Assembly (NCBI RefSeq): GCF_030684315.1
Contig: NC_081369.1
Span: 10,082,035-10,146,034 of the forward strand
Length of the DNA: 64,000 nt
Direction of reading: 5' to 3'
From: Stegostoma tigrinum
Lineage: Eukaryota
The notes under the pieces are model-generated. The model was not told where the DNA came from and did not search any database. It was given only the letters and a program-made list of their open reading frames with translations. This document shows, piece by piece, positions 37,500 to 48,979 of the stretch. The position numbers and the translations under genes were made by a program. The first letter of the stretch is position 1, and each line of letters begins with the position of its first letter.

Positions 37500-39650
37500 C
37501 CATTTAGACCATCGAGTCTGCTCCACCATCTAGTGAAATGAAGATAGATCTTACAAACCTCTTCGCAACGTTCCTGCATCTTCCCTATACTACTTCATTC
37601 CTTTACGAATTGAAATCTACTTTAGACTTGAATGTTCTTAATTACCTAACTGAGTCAACCGTTCATAAGAAATAGTTCAACAAATTCACTACCCTGTCAG
37701 CAAAGAAGTTCCTCCTCACCTCTGTTTTAAATGTGCAAGCATTTCCTCTGAGATTATGCTCTCTGGTCCTGGACTCTGTGACATGGGAAACTTAATCTCC
37801 ACATCTATCCTGTCAAGTCTCTGAAGAATCTTTTATATTTCAATCACATCACCTCTCATTCTTCTAAATTTCAATGAGTACATGTTCAGCCTACTAAATC
37901 TCTCCTCATAAAAGACTTCCTTCATCCCTAGGAACAGCCCAGTGAACTTTGCCTGGACTGCCTCCAGAGCTAATACATCTTTTCTGAGATAAGGGGACGA
38001 AAACTGTTCACGGCATTCCAACTGAGGCCCTAACTATTGCTTGATATAGTGTTGGCAAATACTCCTACTTTTATATTCCATTCCCTTTGAAATGAAGGCC
38101 CTTGTGCCTGCTCTAAAACCTGCTGAAATTAGGTTCTAGCTTTTTTTTGTGATTCATATGTGAGGAATCTCAAATCGGTTTGTTCCATAGCTTTCTACTG
38201 CCTTGAATTTAAATAATTTTCAGCTCCTCTATCCTTTCTGTGACACTGCATAACCTCACATCTCCCACATTGCATTCCATCTTTGTCGCTTAATGTAACC
38301 TGTTTCTATCACTCGAAAAAAAACTTTTAAAGTCATCCTCACATCTTAGCCATCACAATTTCGTTAATGTTATCTGCAAAATTGGCCATTGCGCATGCAT
38401 TTTCTGCATACACGTCTTCAGGATATATATTTGGAAAAATTGTGGCCCTGCCCCTAATCTCAATGGCACAGAAAGGGTTCTAGATTTTCATTATAAAATG
38501 CTTTGTCCCCATTCTAATTCTCACTGCTCCAGTAGTTAGCCAATGCTCTTTGGATGTTAATGTGCTACCCAGAGAGCGTGGTCTTTTATCTTATTAAGTA
38601 AGCTAACATGTGGTATTTAAGCAAATGTTTTCTTGAAAATCCCAATATGTTACACCCACTGCTTCCCCTTTGTCTGTACCCCTTTTAAACTCCGTAAAGA
38701 ATTCCAGTAGGGTTGTCAGGCATGATTATTCCTACATGAATCCAAGCTGAATCTGCTTAACATAATGAGCTTCTAAATATTCTGCATCATTTATCACAGA
38801 CTGATGCATTTCCCCAATTATCAAAGTTCTGCTAACTGGTCTATTACTGTCTGCTTCCGTTTTAAACAAAGATGTTATTCTGGCAATATTTTTAAATATC
38901 TGGGAGGTTTATTTTCATAATCAAAGGATTTTAGGAAGATTACTGCTGGCACATCAAGTACTATGGCTACTTCCTTTGATATCCTAGGAGGCTTCCAGTC
39001 AGATCCAGGGGACTTATTTGTCATATGCCCCATTCGTTTCCCTCATCCCCTTTCTCCAGTGATAGTTATTGTACTTAATTTCACTCCTCCTTTGGCCCTT
39101 GAATATTTATTAATTTGGAATTTTCGTGCTGTTTTCCACTGTGAAAAGTATTCATTCAACTGCTCTACCATTTCCGGTTTCCCCATTATTCTATTCTTCC
39201 AACTCCTTTTGTGTTCTCTTTCCACTTTTTTTTAGGATGTAGGCTGTAGGATAGGATTCTCTGGAGTTTAGAAGAGCAAGAGATGACTTAATTTAATCAC
39301 ATAAGATTTTGACAGACTTGACCAAGTGGATATTGAATCTTTCCTTTGATTGGGAGAATCTAAAACTAGAATTCATAGTTTAAACATAAGAGATCACCTA
39401 TTTAAAACAAGTGAAGATTTTTTTTATTTTCTCTCATAGGCTTATGTGTCTTTTGAATTCCCTTCTTCAAAAGGCAGTAGATGCAGAAACTTTGTTTCTT
39501 TTTTAAGACAAGGGTGGACAGATTCTTGATTATCAACCAGATGAAAGGTGATTGGTGTGGCGGGGATTTGGGGAGCAGGGATGTAGAGCTGAGGATACAG
39601 TCAGATTATGGAATGATGGCGCGAGTTTGAAAGGCCGAGTGGCAGCTCAG
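37500..39650. mobile_element. CR1-type LINE fragments (minus ~37500-39230, plus ~39240-39650)
   Basis: ORF 37833 has QFSSPYLRKDVLALEAVQAKFTGL...RRMRGDVIE; ORF 39043 has EMVEQLNEYF. Confidence 0.75.
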
Positions 39651-40019
39651 ACACTCAATTCAAGGCACTTGGCTGTAGGCAATAAACACTGACATTGTCA
39701 TTGCCATCCTTCTGCCATGAAAAAAAAACAAAGCCATGCTACTGTTCGGGAATCGACGTCTCTTCTGCCGATTTCATCGGAAATAGAAATCAGGAGAGAT
39801 ATCATCAGTTTTGGACTGGAATACAATCAAAATTATTCGTGTTCCCTTTTATGAATTAGCAGTTATAATGATGGTCCTGAGCAACACCAACAACAAAAGC
39901 TTATCTGGTAAAAGTGGAGTGGCAAATATCCATTTTACAGACAAAGTACGAATTCAGGAAAAATCTGCCTTACGCCTAAACTGTCGAATCCAGCACCAGG
40001 ATTTTTTTTTCAACTTCAG

Positions 40020-40054
40020 GCAAACAGAGGAGCTCACTGTCGATGAGCTTTAAT
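40020..40054 (+). CDS. Possible IgSF receptor bridging exon 7
   Basis: Strong acceptor ttttttttcaacttcag but weak donor gtaata. 35 nt, phase 1-0. Translates (G)KQRSSLSMSFN and would reconcile the phases of exon 6 and the putative last exon. Confidence 0.3.
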
Positions 40055-40743
40055 GTAATACCTTCAAAGTCTTTTGGTACTGCACTAAACACTAGTGAAT
40101 TGAAAGGTCCCAAGTTTAACCTCCCAACTGTAGTGGGTCCGACCAAGTCTCACCATGTTCGTCTTGGATCCCAGGGATCGGAAGTCAACAGCGGCGGGGT
40201 AAAGGCAGTCGAGATTTGTGACTTGAGGTCTCTGCATGGAATAAGCAGATCAAATCGGCTGTCACGCCTCAGAAATTGGGCCTTGAAAGGGATATGTTGC
40301 AATATCAGCTTTCCAAACATATTTAACACGACGGTATTTGATTCATTTGCGATTTTAATCGAAGTAATAACCTGTTTTCTTAAACGGACAATACTGAAAT
40401 TCTAACTCACTTTGCGAGAAGTTCAAACCCGCACCTCTGCCCTCACATCCCCTCCTCGCAACAAAAAGCAAAGACGGTATCCCCCTCGTCGTCATCTATC
40501 ACAAAAAAACTAAACTCCGTCTTCAACGTATCGTTGTCCGCCAATTCCGCCACCTGCAAACATATTTTTTACGGCACGATTGAATACAAATCAGAGATAG
40601 AAAACAATACCAAACTCGATCACAATCTGAAGTTGGTAACTGTTGATTGTAAATTCCACTAAACCTTCTTAATAGAATCTTGACTGCCTCTGGCAATATG
40701 TCGTCGAAGGACTAACGGGAGATATTACATTTCACTTTCACAG

Positions 40744-40884
40744 ATCAAACACGGAAGCAAAGGTAACAAGCGGACTTTACGTCGTTTTCGAAATTGTCGA
40801 TTCCAAGAAAGCATCAAAACTAAACAGCAACTCAGTTCCGAAGTATATGCAGCAATGGTGGGGACAAGGAAAGCGAAACGCTGA
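40744..40884 (+). CDS. Putative terminal cytoplasmic exon of the IgSF receptor
   Basis: Acceptor ttcactttcacag with upstream actaac branch point. The phase-0 frame reads IKHGSKGNKRTLRRFRNCRFQESIKTKQQLSSEVYAAMVGTRKAKR-stop (motif EVYAAM). AATAAA at 41304-41309. The frame depends on the upstream exon: direct joining to exon 6 gives DQTRKQR-stop. Confidence 0.5.
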   Translation: MKHGSKGNKRTLRRFRNCRFQESIKTKQQLSSEVYAAMVGTRKAKR

Positions 40885-40974
40885 GACTCAAAGCATACTG
40901 GGAAGATGGGAGACATGAATGGATGCAGGTCCAGGGAATTTGGTTGTCCATCACAAAATGTGTTTCAATCAAAA

Positions 40975-41182
40975 TTATACCGCAGTGCGGAGCTGGAGGA
41001 GCACGGCAGACCAGGCTGGATCAGAGGAACAGAAAACTTGACGTTTCGGTTCGAGCACCTTCTTCAGGCCTTCAGACCCTTCTTATGAAGAAGGGTCCCG
41101 ACCCGAAATGTCAACGTTCTGGCTCCTTTGATGCTGCCTGGACTGCTGTGCTCCTCCAGCTCCAAACTGTGTTATCTCTGAT
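40975..41182. mobile_element. Degenerate fold-back Penelope-end element (in the putative 3' UTR)
   Basis: ggagctggaggagcacggcag... and ...ctgctgtgctcctccagctcc form inverted arms around tgaagaagggtcccgacccgaaatgtc. Confidence 0.75.
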
Positions 41183-43708
41183 ATTTTATCATGCCCACAT
41201 TACCTATTTATTCTGGAAAGTGGATTGTGTGCTGCCAGGCCCTCGTGATTAAAACTCTGAGCTCATTTTCACAGTTCATTTCTTAATTTGTAATGAGTCC
41301 CTCAATAAATCAAACGCCTAATAATGACTATATGTGTTCTGAGGCCCTTTGTCAGGGACTTTGTTTTTGTCTATGTGTTGGTGGTGCCCGGCATGCGGCT
41401 CCTAACTTTCACAAGAGAGGATACAGTACAAATATAAAATTGTATTAATTTAATGCAGAAGATCACAGGATACAACCAGAAATTACAAAGTAGCTGGTAA
41501 AATCATGCAAAGTATGTTTAAGTCGAAGTTTAAAATAAACAGAGTACGAAAGTGAGAAAGTGAGATAAGCTCAAATTGAGGCAATACATGGTCTTCACGA
41601 AACTAAATTCATCAAGAAAGAAAGGTTTCCTTACTAGTCCTACGATAATTCAGGAATTCAGTGATGGAAAGGCCTTTGATTATCCGTGGGAGATAGTTAG
41701 ACTCTCTTTTGTTGGAGATAATCACTTACAGACACTTGTACGGCACGAATATTACTTTTCTCGCCCCTGCCTAAACGTTGCATGTTACAAATCATCTCCG
41801 AATTGACACAGAATGCGTCACTGTCTCAAGAGTCATGAATAGGTAGATTGGTGGCTAATTCATCAAGAGTGACATGGTGGTTCAGTGGGTAGCAACGTTG
41901 CCGCACAGCGTCAGGGATCCAGATTCCAAATAAGGATGCTGTTTAGACGATGTGTATGTGTGGACTTGTTGGGCCGAATGGCCTGTCTCCACGCTGTTGG
42001 GATTGTATATGATCCTATGAATGGTGCTGAACATGATATAAAAATCTTTATTTCTAATCTAATGAACAAGGGAAGGCCATTGATGAAGCAATTGAAGTTA
42101 GTTGGTCCTAGGACACTATCCCAAAGAACTCCTGCAGAAATGTCTTCGAATTACTGGCCTCCAAAACCCAAAACCATGCTCTTTTCTGCTGGGTATGACT
42201 CCAGCCAATGGAATGTTAGGGTTCAGGGTTACGTTTAGGTTGTTTATTCTCACGAGCATATTCTGCGGAGCAAACTGAAATAAAAGAACAAGCAAAATCA
42301 TAAGGAAACTTTTAATTTTGCAGTCTAATGGGATGTGATTCACTTTCAAGCTTGACACAAATTGATCTAAGTCAAAATCATGGATTTAAATTTAAACAAG
42401 GGCAGTTATAGAAGTAAAGGTTGCCTAAAGCAGATTAAGACATACGATTAAAAGGTAAGAATCTGAAAGAGCAAAGAAAAATATTTACCATGATTCATTA
42501 TTTTCATCAAACATAAATGCACTTGAAAAATAAACTCTTCCTGGAGAAGTGGACAAACTATGAATAAATCAAAAGGATAATTGTAGCATTTGATGAAGTA
42601 ACACTGTGACAATGTTACTAACAAGGACATGGAGACTTACAGCTGGCAAAATGACAAGTGATTCATGAACACGGGGAAGTGTAGATATGAGAGTAGACTA
42701 GTTCCAAATGTAATATAAGTTAAAAGAAACAAAGCGTCTGAAGAAGTAAACATTGTTCCATTTACCAAAGTAACATAAGATGTTAAATAAAGAAACTGTA
42801 GAAGGAATAAACAAACTTTTTTATCAGTCTTCATCGCAGAAAATATAAATAACATACCAGAAATAGCAGGGAAATTGGTGTGAGTGAGTGAGGAACCGCA
42901 AATTAATTCAAATTAGTAAAGAGCAAATAATGGAGAACTTAATGGAAGTATAGGCTAAGCGGAGTGATCAGGATTATAGTGTTAGCCATAGATATTTAAT
43001 AGATTTGGCTGCAGACTTAGTGGATATATTTGATTTAATCTTGAAGAATTCCCTACAGCTCTATATAAAATCTTACTGTTGCAAAAATGGCGAAGTAAGA
43101 ATATATGGAATTGAAGGTATGTTAGCTTAGCTTTTAATTTGTTACAAGAGACATAGTAACACGATGCTTAAAATCAGAGGTGAAACTTATTTGTTTTCTC
43201 CAGTTTAATGTTGAGTGCATTTTTGGTTGTGTAGGAGATATAAATTGGGACATTATCTCAGGATACAGGGACAGGAATATAGACTGAGAAGGGAAATAAC
43301 TTACTTGCTCAGAGGTTTGGGAATCTCTAGAATTCTTAATCCCAGAGGGTTACGGATGTCAGCCATTGAGTATGTTTAAGACTAAGGCTAATAGATTTGT
43401 GAGCCCTGGGGAAACAAAAAATAATGTGATCAGGAAGAAAGCTAGTACTCAGGGAGAAGGTCAGCCATCATATAATTGAATAGCACAGCAGATTTGAGTA
43501 ATCTCTAAAGCCCCCTACTATTCTGATGGCTCGTGATGTTATATTGACCGAGAGTGCAACGTAAAAATATGCTGTTATTCATTGCACACCACAGCTACAC
43601 CCATATTTCAGGTAAATGTTTCTGTTAAGTATTCACCAGCAAGAGGGATCTTGATACTTGTGAGGACAGTGTGAAACAGGCACTCAAACAGGTTGATGTT
43701 AAGAAGGA

Positions 43709-43905
43709 TAACGAAGTGTGAAGCTGGATGAACACAACAGGCCAAGCAGCATCTCAGGAGCACAAAAGCTGATGTTTCGGGCCTAGACCCTGAAGGCCCG
43801 GAACGTCAGCTTTTGTGCTCCTGAGATGCTGCTTGGCCTGCTGTGTTCATCCAGTTTCACACTTTGTTATCTTGGATCTCCAGCATCTGCAGTTCCCAAT
43901 ATCTC
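43709..43905. mobile_element. Fold-back Penelope-end element with 15-bp TSD
   Basis: TSD tgatgttaagaagga at 43694-43708 and 43906-43920. Inverted arms. The site is empty in copy A (~15676). Confidence 0.92.
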
Positions 43906-43919
43906 TGATGTTAAGAAGG

Positions 43920-45120
43920 AGGCTGTGTTAGAAATTTTGAAAAACAGAAGGATAGATGAGGCACCTGGGCCGGATAGGGTATACCCAAGATTTGAATGGG
44001 AAGTGAGGGAATAGTTTTCTGCACCTTTGGCAATGATCTTTGCACTCTCACTATCCACTGCAGCAATACCAGAAGACTGGAGGGTAGCAAATGTTATTCC
44101 ATCGTTCAAGAAAGAGAATAAGGATAATGCTAGGAATTACAGAGCAGCCAGTCTCACTTCTGTCATGGGCAAATTATTGAAGAGTATTCTGAAAGATAGT
44201 ATTTATGATTGTTTGGACAAGCACAGTTTGATTAGAATGTGGCTTTGTGAGGGGCAGATCACACCTCACAAGCCTTATGGAATTCTTTGAGGACATGACA
44301 AAACATATTGAAGAAGGATGAGGTGTGGATGTGGTTTGTATGGATTTCATCAAGGAATTTATTATGTTTCCCGATGGTAATCTCATTCAAAAAGAAAGGA
44401 GACATGGTATTCCAGGAAATTTGGCTGCCTGGATACGGAATTGGCTGCCCAATTGAAGACAGAATGTAGTAGTCGATAGAAAGTACTCAGCTTGGAGCTT
44501 GGTGACCAGTGGTGTTCCGTAGCATCTGTTCTGGGGCCTCTGCTCAAAATAATCATTACAAATGACTTGGATGAGGAAGTGGAAAGGAGGGTTAGTAAGA
44601 TTGCTGATGGCAAAAAGGTAGGTGGAGTTGTGGATACTGTGGACATCTATTGTAGGTTGCAATGGGTCATTGACAGGAGGCAAAACTGGGCAAAGAAGAG
44701 GCAGATGGAATTGAACCGTAAAAATCTGACGATTAATTTTGGAAACTGCGATTTAGGGTTAATGGCAAGATTCTTGGCAGTGTGGAGGAACCGAGGGATT
44801 TTTGGGTCAATGTCCATAGATCCATCAAAGTTGCTATCCAAGTTGACAGGGTTATTAAGAAGGCATGCGGTGTGATGGATTTCATTGGCAGGGAAATTGG
44901 GTTTAGGAGCTCCTAGAATATGTTGCAGCTTTATAAAACCCTGGTTAGACCACTCTTGTAATAGTGTTCAGTTCTGGTCACCACATTATAGGAAGAATTA
45001 GAGAGGCTTTAGAGATGGTGCAGAGGAGATTTACCAGGATGCTGCATTGACTGGGAGGGAGGTCTTATGAGGAAAGGTTGAGGGAGCTAAGGTTTTCGCA
45101 TTGGAGCAAAGAAGGATGTC
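43920..45120 (+). mobile_element. CR1-type LINE RT fragment (paralog of 16911-18050)
   Basis: PGPDRVYPR, PEDWRVANVIPSFKK, NYRAASLTSVMGK. Confidence 0.9.
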
Positions 45121-45663
45121 CATTTGACTTCCTAAGGGTCTGTTTCCACGCTGTATTACTCCATTTGGAACATTGATCATGTTCCAAACAAAATTGTTAA
45201 AGTGAGTTTGGTTAAAGAATGGCATAGAAAAGTGCTGAACATCAAAACTTGAAATCAAACACCGTGGCTGAGTGTGAGTATTTGTTGGGTAATAATATTG
45301 AAATCTTTGAATTGTCAAAACCTAATTTGGCCTTTTCAATTTTAGTTTGTAGTGTGCATTAATCTGAAATCTGCAGTTTAAATTCTCCATTTACAAACCT
45401 TAAACCATTCTTTTTTTCCAAGGGTTGAAGAGAAAATGCAGTTTAACGAAGAAACAGCTTGAAGTGGATCCTTCTTATGGGTCATTTACGTTTGGAGCAT
45501 GTATAAGTAGCTAACTTATTGCAACTTGTTCATTGAGAGTTTCAGCGTTAGATGTCTCAATGAGTTCAGCGGAGGAAGGAAAGAGATACATGGTTTCTTA
45601 TTTGCCTAAAAAATGGCTGCAAGCAACAAGAAGAATTGGTCAGAATTTAAGTGAAATACTTTA

Positions 45664-45942
45664 TATTAGATTCCCCACAGTGTGGAAACAGGTCCTTCTG
45701 CCCAACAAGTCCATGCCGCCCCTTGGGGCATCCCACCCTGCCCCATTCCCCATAACCCACACACCCCTGAACACTACGGGGAATACACCTAGCCTTCACA
45801 TCTTTGGGCTGTGGGAGGAAATCCACGCAGACACGTAGAGGATGTTCAAACTCCACACAGACAGTTGCCCAAGGCTGGAATCAGACCCGGGTCCCTGGCA
45901 CTGTGAGGCTGCAGTGCTAACGACTGAGCCAACGTGCCGCCC
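45664..45942 (-). mobile_element. HE1-like tRNA SINE, inserted only in copy B
   Basis: Same family as 13005-13695. Short tactt duplication at the flanks. Empty site gaaatacttagttca in copy A (~18581). Confidence 0.88.
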
Positions 45943-46089
45943 CTACTTAGTTCAGTTTAGTTTCTATTTGGGACTCGAGCCGATTTCTCTCCTTACTAGC
46001 TATTCAAGTAGAAAATTGATAATGGTGTTTATACACTGATAGTGAGTTTTAACGAGCACAATTAATTAATAAACTAAATAAACAATAAA

Positions 46090-46880
46090 TGACAGATGTG
46101 ACAGATCATGTTACTGCTGCAGGATGTGGGAGCTGTTGAACACCGTGATCCACTCTAAACTTGTTTGTAGTAAATGTGTGCAGCTCAAATTTGGATCAGA
46201 CTGGAGGACCTGGAGTCCAAGCTGCAGGAAATATGCCATGTCAGGAAGGACTAGAGTTACCTGGACAGGATATCACATCCGTCGGATTAGGTCATTCAAC
46301 TTCAGGTATGGAAAACTAAGGGGTAGCTTTTTAAGGAGGCTCAGCCCCTGAAATACTGTAACAATTACAAGGGTCTTTCAAGCTATGTGAATAAGAATGG
46401 GGAATGCTGGGAGGATGATCAAGCACACCATGTTACAAATAAATTTTCAAGTTGGGGGAAGAAGAACATAGTACCGGTAGGAAGACATATCATTAGAGGG
46501 CATGAGTCCAAAGGCTGTATTCCCTGCCGAGTGCAAGGTTTAAGGTTTGGAGAGGAACTCGGAGGGGTAGAGGGAGAGGTTTTAATGGTCTATATTGGTA
46601 TCAATGACATTATGAAATCTAAGAATGGGCTTTTATGGAAAGAACTTGAATAGTTAGGAGCTAAAATAAAAACCAGAACTTTCAGGTAATAATAATCAGA
46701 ATTTTTCAACAAGCCACAATCGAATAGGCCAAATTAAGTAAAGTCATGGAGTTAAATGCACATCTGTAAGTTTAGTGTGGGCTGAACGGGTTTTAGGTGA
46801 TGGGGTATTAGCACTAGTACTGGCGTAGAAGGATGCTGTTCCAGTGGTAACTCTTTTACTTCGACAGCGCTGGGACTAAT
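46090..46880 (+). mobile_element. CR1-type LINE ORF1 remnant (zinc finger and esterase-like)
   Basis: CCRMWE...CSKC zinc-finger-like segment, and VYIGINDI of an SGNH-esterase-type ORF1. Confidence 0.65.
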
Positions 46881-47829
46881 TGAAAGCTCTGGAGAGGAGA
46901 CTTGTATTTTTCCAAATCAAAAGGATATGCTCCGGAGGGTCTTCTACTCCCGAGCAGAAGCAGGATAACTTCAAGCTCCCGCAATCTCCCACTGGTCTTT
47001 TGTCCCCAAAGCCGATAGCATGATCAAATTAATCATTATGATCTGAATGGCCTAAGCTAAGCAATTTATCGCTAAGCAGTTGAAGGGACGCATCATCAAC
47101 CTCGAAAGTGTTTCTTTTTCAAGGGTGTTGGGCATTGACTGATATCCCCTTCCAATATCTCATGATTCGTTCGTTGAGTTATCAAATACCTACAGGTCCA
47201 TCCTCTTTATTAAGTTTTGTTGCTGTGTGGCGCGTTGACCACGCGCGGCATGGGGTTTGCACGTTTATTCAGGATTAAGACAATCGCTTGCACCCAATGT
47301 TCGTGTTTCGGTGTTGCTGGCTAGTTAACGACGAACCGCGGGATAGAAACAACGATTGATAAGACTGTGGTCACCAGAAGGATCTGAATTAATGTGATGG
47401 AAAGGAATGCGCCGGTTTCTTCAAGCTACAGCTCCACATGCGTAGTCACTAATCTCTGACGCATTTCCTAGTCTCGTTTTTTCGCGTAAAGCCATGCAAT
47501 CCGAAATGTTGGACGTCCTTTGCTTAAGAGCATCCATTTGTCTGCCACGGTCCGAAACGATTCTGTCCGGTAACTCACACCCTTGGGCCTTAGTATTTCA
47601 AATATGATTAACCCTGCACTTAATTTCTACTATTAGCTTATTTTAGAGATGCTTATTGCATTGATTTTCAGGTAGCCAGTGAGCCCAATTCCTCCCTTCA
47701 AAGCTGCGACTGAAGGAACCAGTCATGCTGTGTTGCGCATTCCCACGCCATCTAGAGAAATCAAAGGTAATGTTTCTTCGATGGTCTCATAGCGAGGACG
47801 GGTTCCGGGACCATGGAGACGTGAAAAGC

Positions 47830-48150
47830 GAAGTTAGCCCCACTGGCTCACAGCACCAAGGACCCGGTTTTGATTCCAAACTCGGGCGATTGCATTTCTG
47901 AAGTTTGCACATTCTCTGAGTTCCTGCGTGGGTTTCCTTCGATTGCTCCGGTTTCCTCCCACATCCCAAAGATGCACAGTTTAGGTGGTTGGATATGCCG
48001 AATTGTTCATCATGACTAGGGTGGTGAATGTAGGGATGCGTCAGGGTGGTGAATGCAGGGTGGGGTGCGTCTGGCTGGGATGTTCTGCTCAGGGACCGCG
48101 TGGTCTCGATGGGCCAAATGGCCTGCTTCTGCGAATCTATAAGCCATGTA
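47830..48150 (+). mobile_element. HE1-like tRNA SINE, diverged
   Basis: B-box-like ggttttgattcc, core gaagtttgcacattct..tgcgtgggtttcc, and tail gatgggccaaatggcctgcttct. Confidence 0.8.
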
Positions 48151-48979
48151 GGAAATTACGAGGTTTTCAGTACTTCTCAAGAGCTCGTGCCTTCCTCCAA
48201 TGAAGCTACATTCAGCTGCTAAATGTCTCAGAATCCTGACAGAGTTAATTACATCTTTGAAAGTATCTTTAGAATTTTTCCTTCGTTTATAATTTCCGAG
48301 AAGACAAGGGCACCTCATAGCACAAATTGATCCATTTGTTGATATTTTGTTTTGACATTTTAAAACGAAATTGTACGGGCTCTGTTGATTACACCATTTC
48401 GTGTATCTTTGGGTATTCTTGCTGATTGAATTAACACTAAAACGTGGAGGCCTTATATTTCTATTACTCTTTTGCAGATGCTGCCAACGTCACTATCATT
48501 TTACAGCATCACGACATTTATTGGGAATAACAAAAATAACAGCGTTAATGGTTATTGTTGGGAAGTAGTTGAAACTAAGGTACTGTCAAAGGCAGGCCAC
48601 ACGTTTATTACAACATCGAAATAGGAAGCCAATAAACAACTCCACATTAAACCGATAAGCTGGAGAAACGAATGTTCCTTGAATGTGGACATTTAGAACA
48701 TAATGTTAACATTGGGAGTGGAAAACAAATCATCCCAGAGCAATAGTTGCTACAACATTGTTTCCATTAGATCTTCCCCACAAATGTACCTCACAAAGGA
48801 CAACAATCTCCTGTTGTCATTTAGACTTAAATGTTGTGAAGCTGATGAAAGACATTTTATTCAAAATGGAACTTGGGCATTAAGTATGAGAATTTAATTC
48901 TCGTATGATACTTTGATACTTTAACAGGGAGATGAGCAAATATTTCTTCTCAGAAAACGATACTTGTTTGACTTTTCCA

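Noticed and set aside
40043-40405. 120-aa ORF as the receptor's terminal exon
   Set aside because: It has no tyrosine motif or recognisable tail features. It is in frame with exon 6 via the 40020 acceptor, so it cannot be fully excluded, but it is less convincing than 40744-40884.
29597-40884. Assigning a symbol such as SIRPA, NCR3, NCR3LG1 or TAPBP
   Set aside because: The architecture overlaps with several families but I cannot establish orthology by eye. NKp30 has a TM Arg and no C1 domain, and mammalian SIRPA has two C1 domains.
47420-47585. Minus-strand peptide LPDRIVSDRGRQ resembling an LTR-retrotransposon integrase core
   Set aside because: The flanking sequence shows no other integrase motif and no LTRs, so it is probably chance.
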